From: Ktedonospora formicarum
GTDB taxonomy: Bacteria > Chloroflexota > Ktedonobacteria > Ktedonobacterales > Ktedonobacteraceae
DNA length: 64,000 bases
NCBI RefSeq assembly: GCF_016587355.1
Contig: NZ_BNJF01000001.1
Location: 3,189,721 to 3,253,720, forward strand
Direction: 5' to 3'
In this document: one piece after another, positions 38,478-48,793 of the stretch
How positions within the stretch are numbered: position 1 is the first letter of the stretch
How the letters are laid out: every line of letters starts with the position of its first letter
Position numbers and translations under genes: made by a program
The notes under the pieces: model-generated
Seen by the model: only the letters and a program-made list of their open reading frames with translations
What the model was told of the DNA's origin: nothing
Databases searched by the model: none

Positions 38478-39314
38478 TTAGGAGGCTGGGCGCTCGATAA
38501 GTCTAACCTTCTCCTTACGCCATTCCAGCTTACTATACTTCTCCGCGACGAGCTGGTGTGCTAGCTCCCATTCGGAAGGCAGGAGTTCTCCAGGCACAAA
38601 ATCATGCTGTAGAAAGGTGCTAAAACCATGCCGAAAGGCGTTAGCGACGTCGTCCCAGGTTGCGGTGGGAGCCAGAGTGTGGAGTGGGGTCGTCTTCTCG
38701 TTATATTGTGCCAGTGCTTCCGTCCGTGCCTCTGCCGAAGGGAAGCGCAGAAACGAGAAGAATTCTTCCGCCCGGTCATCCAGGGGTAACGAGCCTTGCT
38801 GGAGAAGCGATGCATCCTTCCAGACTTGAGCACTGCCTACCAGCTTATAGCCACCACTGGTAAGATCTGCCTGTGTCGAAGAGGCGAAGCAGGCTGCCGA
38901 GGGATTCTTATGTACGCGCTCATCGCTGATCTCCGCCTGAATTCCCAGTTCTTGCAGGGCTGTAAGTAGACCCTGTGAAAGGTAAGCGTAGGCGGCAACA
39001 ACCCCCGAGGGAATGCCATCCCGCTTTCCAATGACAATACTGTATGTGAACTCGTCGCGGTGGTAGACAGCACGCCCGCCTGTGGGACGCCGGACCAGGA
39101 TGACCGCATGCTGTTGACAGCGCTCCTGCTCAATCTCGCGCTCAATACTCTGGAAGCGTCCAAGGGTGATAGATGGTTGCTTCCAGCGGAAGACGCGCAG
39201 CGTGGGAGGTACCTGTCCTGCAATATGATGAGTCAGTATGGCCTCGTCCAGTGCCATATTCAAGGCGGCATCTTGCACGCCGGTAGAAACGAAACGATAA
39301 GCGGTCGTTGACAT
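38478..39314 (-). CDS. Lipoate-protein ligase / octanoyltransferase family protein (BPL/LPL catalytic domain).
   Basis: ...LNMALDEAIL...PTLRVFRWKQPSITLGRFQ...RRPTGGRAVYHRDEFTYS...KLVGSAQ... is typical of the LplA/LipB fold. The start is the internal ATG 39314 (MSTTAYRF). Confidence 0.75.
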   Translation of the reverse strand: MSTTAYRFVSTGVQDAALNMALDEAILTHHIAGQVPPTLRVFRWKQPSITLGRFQSIEREIEQERCQQHAVILVRRPTGGRAVYHRDEFTYSIVIGKRDGIPSGVVAAYAYLSQGLLTALQELGIQAEISDERVHKNPSAACFASSTQADLTSGGYKLVGSAQVWKDASLLQQGSLPLDDRAEEFFSFLRFPSAEARTEALAQYNEKTTPLHTLAPTATWDDVANAFRHGFSTFLQHDFVPGELLPSEWELAHQLVAEKYSKLEWRKEKVRLIERPAS

Positions 39315-39499
39315 AGAGACACAACTCCTACTAGCTAATTGCAGTATCCTCAGACGGATCGAAAGAAAGATCCGCAAACTCAGCAGTGGTCACCTATCTC
39401 CGACCGACATCGATAAGCGGAGTATAGAGGTGGAAAGCCGAATAGGTCAAGTGATTATATTTAGGGTAAATACCTCAAAAAAGAATCCCAAATAATGCT

Positions 39500-40690
<1,191 letters not shown>

Positions 40691-40854
40691 TTACCTTGAA
40701 TGTAACTCTTCAGGTTGTGCTAGCCTGTTGCCTATTGTCTCATGAGAGTCAAGATTCTGGTGTTTGATCTCGAGCCGCGAATGCGCCAAAAAGCACAAGA
40801 TATGAAATATACATAAAAATATGAAGAGATATGTACATAATCGGCGTAAAACTC

Positions 40855-40883
40855 TTGAAAATCAAGTAAAGATAGTGTATGCT
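40855..40883 (+). promoter_or_regulatory. Candidate sigma-70-type promoter of the zinc-ribbon protein gene.
   Basis: TTGAAA, a 17-nt spacer, then TATGCT. This leaves a ~150-nt GC-rich leader before a TTG start with a perfect TAAGGAGGT Shine-Dalgarno. Confidence 0.4.
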
Positions 40884-41033
40884 GTTTCCCGGTATCCCAT
40901 CTCGGTCTCGCGTACGGTGCTCGTCCAGAGTTTACATACTTCCCTCGCTGGTAAGGGGAAAGAACCACTGGTGACATCTGCTAGGAGAAGGACCTGGAGG
41001 TTTACCATTCATTCACTCTAAGGAGGTCCCTAG

Positions 41034-41342
41034 TTGAGCTTCGTTGACAAAACCCTGAAGTGCCGTGATTGCGGAAATGATTTCGTCTTCACTGCCGGAG
41101 AGCAAGAGTTTTACCAGCAAAAGGGCTTGATGAACCAGCCGAGTCGTTGCCGCCCCTGCCGTGAGGCGCGCCGCAACTCAATGGGTTCTACTGGTCGTTC
41201 CGAGCGTGCCCCGCGAGAGATGCACACCGTTATTTGTGCCGAGTGCGGTACCGAGACGCAGGTTCCTTTCCTTCCTACGAAGGATCGCCCAGTCTATTGC
41301 AGCTCCTGCTTTGATAAAGTACGTGGAGTTGCCCGCAGCTAA
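41034..41342 (+). CDS. Small protein with two CxxC...CxxC zinc-ribbon units (zf-trcl-like); possibly nucleic-acid binding.
   Basis: CRDCGNDFVFTAGEQEFYQQKG..PSRCRPCR and CAECGTETQVPFLPTKDRPVYCSSC. TTG start with a strong Shine-Dalgarno. Confidence 0.6.
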   Translation: MSFVDKTLKCRDCGNDFVFTAGEQEFYQQKGLMNQPSRCRPCREARRNSMGSTGRSERAPREMHTVICAECGTETQVPFLPTKDRPVYCSSCFDKVRGVARS

Positions 41343-42502
41343 AGCGCGCACAGGAAGCGAGCGTTTATTTGAAAGAGAAGACCCGATATCGCTTTCAGCG
41401 AGGCGGCTTGCGGCTTGCATGAGACGCTGTGGCGCTTATGAGCAAGGACGCGATAGTATGCTCTACACTGAGGCAGCATATAGAAATCTTATCTATTCAT
41501 AACCTCTCGTTTTCAGCTACATAACAAAGGGCTAGATTGGGGTATGTTCTCGATCTAGCTTTTTACTTTTGTGCTAATATAGTGGTGTTATACGGCTTTA
41601 CTAGCCAATTGATGTAGTTCTACCATGAGATGGTATGTTAGCGCTCTTAGGGCTTGTCAAGCCATTTGTCTGCATGATGCCGAATGTCATACCACATATC
41701 ATTTATGGCAGGGCTTTGTTGACGCTTGAGCTCGTCTTGTCGTTTTTGTTCTTCCAGCGGCAAAGATTTACGCTTCTGCTTGAACAAGAAGAGTATCAAG
41801 AAGCCGAGTCCTGTTATAAGGAAGGTGCTAACGATTGCCGCGTTCCCATCCCCTATTTTGATTGTGCTTCCTAATAGCAGCACCAATAGTAGCTCCCAGG
41901 ACAAGAACTGCAATCTCGATATACTTCATGTTCCCCTCCAGAGGTATTATTATGCGCTCTTTTGCAGTAATGTATATGCTACCTATTTCGGACGAGGACA
42001 GGAGCTAAAGATCAAATATACATGTCAGCACACTTTTTGCGTACTAGCCTGCTCAGAATCCCTTGCGAACAGACAATGCTATGCGTCTTGAGTGAAGGAT
42101 TCTCATTTACTCTTCGGAAGATCTCACATTACAGTGGCTTGCAGCGTGAAAGTGTGTGCTCTGAGATGTTTCAAATCCGAAGAGGTAATACTCATCAATA
42201 ATTAAGCATGCAAGCAGGATATACTAGGAATATAGTGACGTGTTGGCGCGTTTAAACGTATTACAAGGTAAGACTACTGTACCTCCTTGATCGGTTGTGC
42301 GCGCTGACTACACACCTGAGCTTTTTAATTTTTGCTCTTCTGTGGAGTCTTAGCTTGACAGAGGGGTACCGCACTTTATAATAAAGTAATAAGTCCTCAA
42401 ATGAAAACCAATGGCACTATTGTCACTTGTGCTTATGTATTCAGGTTTTCAAAAAAGGAGTACACCCATTACTCGTAGACAGAAAGCCCTACCTTCAAGA
42501 GG

Positions 42503-42601
42503 AGGCATTTCTTACGGGTGCTTTGTGTGGGAAGAGACCGCGCAAATAGGTCTTGCCACAAAATGAAAAGGTATATCACGAAGCACCCGTAAGAAATGCC
42601 T
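42503..42601. repeat. 21-bp perfect inverted repeat with a 57-bp spacer (MITE-like, or a long structured-RNA stem).
   Basis: aggcatttcttacgggtgctt ...57 nt... aagcacccgtaagaaatgcct. The spacer carries an inner agacc/ggtct pair. Confidence 0.6.
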
Positions 42602-42697
42602 TCTCTCCCACTTTTATCGCTATTTTGTAAGGTCGGGGAAAATATCCGGTATTTAGAGCGAGAGAAAATGGGGAGAGCGTAATTGCTCGTGTCCCAG

Positions 42698-42796
42698 GGC
42701 TTATGCGAAAATCACACTCTTGGGAAAGGTTACCTCGAGGTAGAACAGAGAGACCGCTGTCGTGGCGAGCGCTCATATGTTCAGATTTTCAAAGGG
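42698..42796. repeat. Dispersed palindromic repeat family copy in the rel 5' region.
   Basis: ggcttatgcgaaaatc ... gctcatatgttcagattttcaaaggg. Confidence 0.55.
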
Positions 42797-42950
42797 GGCG
42801 AGCACTGGGTTACAGTATGGATTGAAAGAATGCAGCCGAGAAGGATGTCAATATACGCTTCCTGTGACGTACTTGGCTGAAGGGTTTGACTTGTCGGGAT
42901 ATTACATGGCTACCAATTTTGAGAGAAGCATCCAAGATTCGGAGAGGACA

Positions 42951-45293
42951 ATGATCCTGAAAACGGGAGAATCTCAAACGAATCTAGCACCTTCACAGAT
43001 GACAATTGAAGATTTGCTTACCGAAGCGCGCCAGTATCTCTCTGAGAGTGACCTGGAACGAATAAGGTGTGCCTATGAACTGGCAAAAGAGGCGCACAAG
43101 GGCGTTGTGCGCAAGTCAGGTGAGCCATATATCCAGCATCCCCTGGAGGTCGCGTTGCTATTAGCGGGCATGCGTATCGATGCTGAAGGCATTATGGCGG
43201 CATTACTTCATGATGTCGTAGAGGATACTGATGCTTCCTTAGAAGAGCTTAGGGAACAGTTTGGTAGCCAGGTGGCGAGCATTGTTGATGGGGTCACCAA
43301 GTTTGATGCACTGGCTGGAAAGCCCGGCAATACTTCTCCTCAACTAGGAAAAGAGCCTATTCCCGTGGAGCCACCTCCCACACTTTCAGTCGTGGATAAG
43401 CGTCGCCAGCGATCCGAAACTGTACGCAAGATGTTGTTGGCGATGGCTGAAGACCCGCGCGTTGTCGTGCTCAAACTAGCTGATCGTGTGCATAATATGC
43501 GCACGTTGGCGGCGATGACACCTGCTCAACAGCAGAATAAAACGCGTGAGACGAGCGAGATTTACGCGCCCCTGGCGCGCCGCCTGGGGATGATGCAGGT
43601 GCAGGCTGAGTTAGAAGATCTGGTGCTGTGTTATCAAGATCCTGAGCGGTATGCCTGGCTGAAGCGGGAGGTCGAGGAGGAAGTTCAACGGCGTGAGCCA
43701 TTCATCACTGAAGTCTGCCGTATTCTGAACGGAGAGATGAAACGGGCGGGTATTCATGCCGAGATACAAGCCTGGCGCAAGCATCTGGCGAGTATCAACC
43801 GTAAACTTGGGTATGGTCAACCGACGGCTGGTGATCTTGGTCGTATACACGATCTGGTTTCATTTCGCATTCTTGTGGATACCGATAATGAGTGTTACCT
43901 TGCTCTTGGTCATATTCATGCCCTTTGGCGACCCAAAGATGGCCGTATTAAGGACTTTATCGCGACTCCCAAGCTGAATGGTTACCAATCTCTCCACACT
44001 ACTGTTTTCTGCTTTGATAATCGCCTCGCCGAGATCCAGATTCGTACCCACGATATGCAGCGAACCGCCGAATATGGTATTGCCAGCTATTGGTATCTCA
44101 AAGATCGTATGGTTAGTGAAGAGCCATCACCCAATAGCTGGAAACTCTCATACAAAGAGATGGTTGCCTGGATTGAGCAACTACGGCAATGGCAGCGTGA
44201 ATTGCCTCAGAGCGCGGATGAGTTTGTAGAGGCCGTTAAGGGAGACATCTTTCAAGAACAGATTTTTGTTTTCACCCCCAAGGGTGAGGTCAAGGACCTG
44301 CCACGCGGCTCTACGCCTCTGGATATGGCGTATCGTATTCATACAGATATTGGCGATCATTGCGCCGGGGCGCGCATCATTACCAATATGGATGATACTG
44401 GACGGCTGGTCACACGCCTGGTGCCATTAGACTATGAGCTCAAGGGCGGCGAGATTGTCGATATCATGGTTAATCGAACAGTGCATCCAACGCGCGATTG
44501 GCTTAGCTTCGCGCGAACCGCTGCCGCGCGTAATAAGATCCGTCGCTATCTTAAAACATATGAGCGTGAAATTAACTTGCAGCTTGGTAAGGAGCGCCTT
44601 GATCTTGCGTTGAAGACCGATGGATCTGTTGGTCTGAACGAGCATGTCGAGGAACTTCTGGTGAAGGCGCGTGAGGAAGATAAATCGGGCGACCTGCGCA
44701 AATATGCCAGCTATGAGGATATCTACATTGCTATCGGTCGCGAAGATTTGCATGTAGAAGAGGTGATGAAACACCTTATGCCCTTGGTGCGGCAGATTGG
44801 AATGCTGGTGCAGTCTGAGAATGCTGAGCAGAAGTCAGAGAACGATAATGAGGGGATGGGCGTTGTTAAACTTGCCCAGTGCTGTTGTCCCTTGCCTGGT
44901 GATGAAATAGTTGGTATGCTCAGCCCCAACGAGGGTATGTTTGTACATCGTCGTGATTGTCTACGTGTTAGCAGACAAAGGGAGAATGCCAGGGCTGTTA
45001 TCGACTTGAACTGGCTTCAGATTGAACCCGAAACCTATCTCTCGCCAGTGACGATTGTGGCGCATGATCGTTCCGGATTGCTGCGGGATGTGGCGGCGGT
45101 GGTGGCCGATGCAGGTGTCAATATGACCACAGTTACATCAACCACGAATCCATCTGTCCATAAAGCCGTTATCACGGCTACTCTAGAGGTCGCAGCCACC
45201 GAAGGAGTGCTTGACCAGATCGAGCGTATCCTTCGCCGTCTGCGTCAGGTGAAGAACGTTGTGAGTGTCGAGCGAGCCATCAATACCCGCTAA
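42951..45293 (+). CDS. rel: Bifunctional (p)ppGpp synthetase/hydrolase Rel (RelA/SpoT homolog), full-length with HD, synthetase, TGS, CC and ACT domains.
   Basis: Intact HD motifs (HKG..RKSGEPYIQHPLEV...LLHDVVEDTD; EDPRVVVLKLADRVHNMRTL). Synthetase motifs (FRILVDT, GRIKDFIATPKLNGYQSLHTTV, EIQIRT, RXKD type). C-terminal TGS/ACT. The start is at ATG 42951 (GGAGAGG Shine-Dalgarno); the track ORF begins upstream inside the repeat. Confidence 0.9.
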   Translation: MILKTGESQTNLAPSQMTIEDLLTEARQYLSESDLERIRCAYELAKEAHKGVVRKSGEPYIQHPLEVALLLAGMRIDAEGIMAALLHDVVEDTDASLEELREQFGSQVASIVDGVTKFDALAGKPGNTSPQLGKEPIPVEPPPTLSVVDKRRQRSETVRKMLLAMAEDPRVVVLKLADRVHNMRTLAAMTPAQQQNKTRETSEIYAPLARRLGMMQVQAELEDLVLCYQDPERYAWLKREVEEEVQRREPFITEVCRILNGEMKRAGIHAEIQAWRKHLASINRKLGYGQPTAGDLGRIHDLVSFRILVDTDNECYLALGHIHALWRPKDGRIKDFIATPKLNGYQSLHTTVFCFDNRLAEIQIRTHDMQRTAEYGIASYWYLKDRMVSEEPSPNSWKLSYKEMVAWIEQLRQWQRELPQSADEFVEAVKGDIFQEQIFVFTPKGEVKDLPRGSTPLDMAYRIHTDIGDHCAGARIITNMDDTGRLVTRLVPLDYELKGGEIVDIMVNRTVHPTRDWLSFARTAAARNKIRRYLKTYEREINLQLGKERLDLALKTDGSVGLNEHVEELLVKAREEDKSGDLRKYASYEDIYIAIGREDLHVEEVMKHLMPLVRQIGMLVQSENAEQKSENDNEGMGVVKLAQCCCPLPGDEIVGMLSPNEGMFVHRRDCLRVSRQRENARAVIDLNWLQIEPETYLSPVTIVAHDRSGLLRDVAAVVADAGVNMTTVTSTTNPSVHKAVITATLEVAATEGVLDQIERILRRLRQVKNVVSVERAINTR

Positions 45294-45823
45294 GTGTATA
45301 TGTGCATATTTGCGGGTATTGGTGCTACGAGATAAATGTCAGGATAAGCCTGGCGCTCAAAGAGCATTTGATAACGTACAGAACATAGTGCCTACACTGA
45401 GAGCTCAATTCTTCAAGGCATCTTCATAAGTGATGCTGCTTTACACTAGCTACATATGAACTACAGTTTCCCACCACGTAATTTGTCCTAGCCCATAAGA
45501 CGTGCGCGAGTGTATCCTTGTCATAAGGTGTACTACTATATGCTAATGTGTGGTTGGTATTGGATGTTTCTGGCTGTTTTGATTGTTTATATCTATGGGA
45601 GGGCCCGTAGGAAGATTGTCGTGTTAAATGGGCCTGTAGGGGCGCTGTGTTCAACAACATCTAATGTCAAACGTATACTAAGCAGAGTGCAAGTTACCAG
45701 GGATGGTTTTCATGTGAGTGGTGCTCGAATATCTACTACAAGGCTAAGATATGCATGGCTATGCCGTCTTACCAGATATTGGGTAGATATTTTTCAGTAG
45801 AACTCACTAAACAAAGAACTACT

Positions 45824-48307
45824 ATGATTCACATAGAGAAACACGTGGCACTTCATAACGAAACTACCACACAAATTGCTTCATTACGCCAGCAAATACG
45901 CACCTACATGTCAGACGACGATGTAGCAATGGTTGAACGCGCACTTCACCTGGTATTAGAGGCTTGTGGCATTGTAGAGGCTGGAGAGCGTCTGGTGCCT
46001 CCCCTTGAGTATGCGTTAGGCATCGCAGATATCCTCGCAAGCATGCATATGGATGCTGCAGGTGTTGCCGCTGGCTTGGTCTTTGAGGCCGCCGACGCTG
46101 ATCTGGTAAGTCTGGAAGAGATTGAGGAGGGTGTTGGGAGCGCAACGTCGCGCGTGGTTGGTAGCATGGAGCGTTTCAACATTCTGGAGCGCAAGAAGAT
46201 GAACGCGACCGCCGCCAGTGTTGCCTTGAGCGCGCAGAATGTCCAGACTTCAGCTATCAAGAAGGGCCATGACGAGAGGGAAGAGGGAGGAACAAGCTCA
46301 GCGAGCGAGAAGAAGCCTCGCGTACGAGAAGCCTTGCGTCGTCAGCAGGCCGAAACAGTCCGTAAGATGTTTGTGGCAATGGCGGAGGACCCGCGTGTCG
46401 TCTCCCTTAAACTAGCATACAGGCTTTTTGTGATGCGCCATATGTCCCAACCTGATTACCAGGGGGATCGACAAGAGATGCTAGCGACGGCTGAGGAGAC
46501 GCGCGAGATTTATGCACCCCTGGCTGGTCGCCTGGGTATGTCTCGAGTTGAAGGCGAGCTCGAAGATCTGACATTCCAGCTTTTGGAGCCTGAGAAGTAT
46601 CAATGGGTGAAGGGCATTGTCGAGGCTGAGAGAATACAATGGCGTTCTTATGTCGATCAGGTGTGTGAGATTCTCAGGAATGAAATGAAGGCTATAGGCG
46701 TGAGAGCCGAGGTTTCAGGACGCGTGAAGCGGTATTATAGCTTTTATCGCAAGCTAGAGCGCAATGCGGGCGACGTGGATGGCGATTTTGAGGTTTTGAA
46801 GGAAACCGCAGATGTGAATCAGATCCATGACCTGATAGCTTTTCGTATCCTGGTCGATACCACCCCTGATTGCTATGTCGCCTTGGGACATGTGCATAGC
46901 CTCTGGAAACCCAAGGAAGGGCGTATCAAGGACTATATCGCGAATCCCAAGCCTAATGGCTATAGCGCGCTTCATACGACTGTTTTCTGTCAGGATAATC
47001 AGCTTGTCGAGATTCAGATACGCACGCATACGATGCATGAGATGGCGGAATATGGCGTTGCTATGCATTGGCACTATAAGGATGTTGGCGACAATGCCTC
47101 CTCAACCGCTAAGGAACTTCTGACCTGGATTAACCAACTGGCTGAGTGGCAGCATGAAATCAAGGCCGCTGATGGCAGCGATTCGGATTTTGTTGATGCT
47201 ATCAAGGATGACCTATTTCAGGAACAAATCTTCATTTTTACGCCAAAAGGAGAGGTGAAGGACCTGCCGGTTGGCTCAACACCACTGGATTTTGCCTATC
47301 GTATCCACAGCAAAATAGGTGATAGTTGCGCGGGTGCGCGCATCATTACTCATGCCGAAGGACCTGATGGTGGTCGTCTCCTGACTCGGATGGTGCCTCT
47401 AGATTATGAGCTGAAGAGCGGGGAGATCGTTGACATTGTTACCAATCGCACGGCGCATCCTACACGCGATTGGCTCAGCTTCGCACGGACTGCTGCCGCA
47501 CGCAATAAAATTCGCCGCTATCTCAAGATTCATGAGCGCGATATCAATATCCAGATTGGTAAGGAGCGCCTCGATAAGGTGATTAAGGCAATTGCGGGTC
47601 TGCGTGGGATGGAGGTGATTACCGAGGATTTAGAGAACTGGCTTTGCCAGGAACTCCATATGGACTCGTTTGAGGATATCCTTTCCGCCATTGGCGCGGA
47701 TGATATGAGACCCCATGGTGTCGCGGTCAAGATTCAGGAGTACTTCCAGGGGCGTGAGGGGCGTGAGAATAGAGAAGAGTCCGAAGAGCCTGTACTACCT
47801 ACCGTTAATCGGCAACCCGCTGCTAATCTGCAAGTAGCAGGTGTAGATGGTTTGTTGACCCGGTTGGCGAATTGCTGTTGCCCCTTGCCTGGAGACGAGA
47901 TTGCCGGTTTTATTAGTCGAGGCAAGGGCGTGATTGTCCATCGCGCGGATTGCCCTAATGTCGTGCGTTTACGCGAGCGTAGTGGGGAACGCTTTATTAC
48001 AGTGAGTTGGCAAGGTATGAGCCAGCCACGCTATCATGTTCCTATTATTGTCTTCGCGCGTGATCGCGCAGGCTTGATACGCGATATCGCTACCGCCATC
48101 TCCGAATATGGGTTGAACCTGCTGGCAATCAATACGCATGCTAATAGCCATCAAGAGCGCATTCTCGTCACTGCAACACTGGAGATGAATGACCTTGAAG
48201 TGATGCCACGTGTCTTTAAACGCCTGGAGAAGGTCAAAGATGTGTTGCAAGTAGAGCGCGATATGGGACATAAACGGGCGCCATTGTCCTCAGGAGCAGA
48301 TGCATAG
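45824..48307 (+). CDS. RelA/SpoT-family (p)ppGpp synthetase paralog with a degenerate (probably inactive) HD hydrolase domain.
   Basis: It has the same domain order as rel, with intact synthetase motifs (FRILVDT, GRIKDYIANPKPNGYSALHTTV, EIQIRT). The HD motifs are lost: HP becomes PP, LLHDVVEDTD becomes LVFEAADAD, and LADRVHNMRT becomes LAYRLFVMRH. The start is uncertain (ATG 45755, 45761 or 45824). Confidence 0.85.
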   Translation: MIHIEKHVALHNETTTQIASLRQQIRTYMSDDDVAMVERALHLVLEACGIVEAGERLVPPLEYALGIADILASMHMDAAGVAAGLVFEAADADLVSLEEIEEGVGSATSRVVGSMERFNILERKKMNATAASVALSAQNVQTSAIKKGHDEREEGGTSSASEKKPRVREALRRQQAETVRKMFVAMAEDPRVVSLKLAYRLFVMRHMSQPDYQGDRQEMLATAEETREIYAPLAGRLGMSRVEGELEDLTFQLLEPEKYQWVKGIVEAERIQWRSYVDQVCEILRNEMKAIGVRAEVSGRVKRYYSFYRKLERNAGDVDGDFEVLKETADVNQIHDLIAFRILVDTTPDCYVALGHVHSLWKPKEGRIKDYIANPKPNGYSALHTTVFCQDNQLVEIQIRTHTMHEMAEYGVAMHWHYKDVGDNASSTAKELLTWINQLAEWQHEIKAADGSDSDFVDAIKDDLFQEQIFIFTPKGEVKDLPVGSTPLDFAYRIHSKIGDSCAGARIITHAEGPDGGRLLTRMVPLDYELKSGEIVDIVTNRTAHPTRDWLSFARTAAARNKIRRYLKIHERDINIQIGKERLDKVIKAIAGLRGMEVITEDLENWLCQELHMDSFEDILSAIGADDMRPHGVAVKIQEYFQGREGRENREESEEPVLPTVNRQPAANLQVAGVDGLLTRLANCCCPLPGDEIAGFISRGKGVIVHRADCPNVVRLRERSGERFITVSWQGMSQPRYHVPIIVFARDRAGLIRDIATAISEYGLNLLAINTHANSHQERILVTATLEMNDLEVMPRVFKRLEKVKDVLQVERDMGHKRAPLSSGADA

Positions 48308-48667
48308 CGAAGCACCGAAGTGGTCTATATTGTGTGGTAGATGTTGGTCCAAGTGAGAGCGAGAAAAAATCCCTGGTGTGGGCTGCCTCTGGAAAAGAAC
48401 AATGAAGCTTGGTTTGGTAGAAGGAATGTATGGAGGACAACCACCAGGGATTGCCTTTATTATAAGCAACATTCTTGCATCTGTATATTGCTAGATATGG
48501 CTAGATTCTGCCTTGCCCCAACTGAAAGTATAAGTAGCTACTACTTGCCAGATGTTTGGGCTCAGAAATAGGTATCAGGAAGCAGGAAATTCCCGCGTAA
48601 GAGTGACTGGTTGGGAGACTGTCGCTCGCAAGGCGTTTGGCTCGGTTAGGTGTAGAGCTATAAATAC

Positions 48668-48727
48668 TAGTAAGCCCCCACAGGAGGAGAGGCCAGGATC
48701 AGGTGACCCTCCCCTCCTGTGGGGGCT
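48668..48727. terminator. GC-rich 18-bp perfect hairpin between relA-like and the sigma factor gene; a probable terminator for the minus-strand sigma gene.
   Basis: gtaagcccccacaggagg / cctcctgtgggggcttac with a 23-nt loop, about 70 bp after the sigA stop. Confidence 0.5.
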
Positions 48728-48793
48728 TACTAACACACTATGTTGTGTAATATGCCTGCTCATGCAGCATAGAAATTCATGTTGAATGACTGA

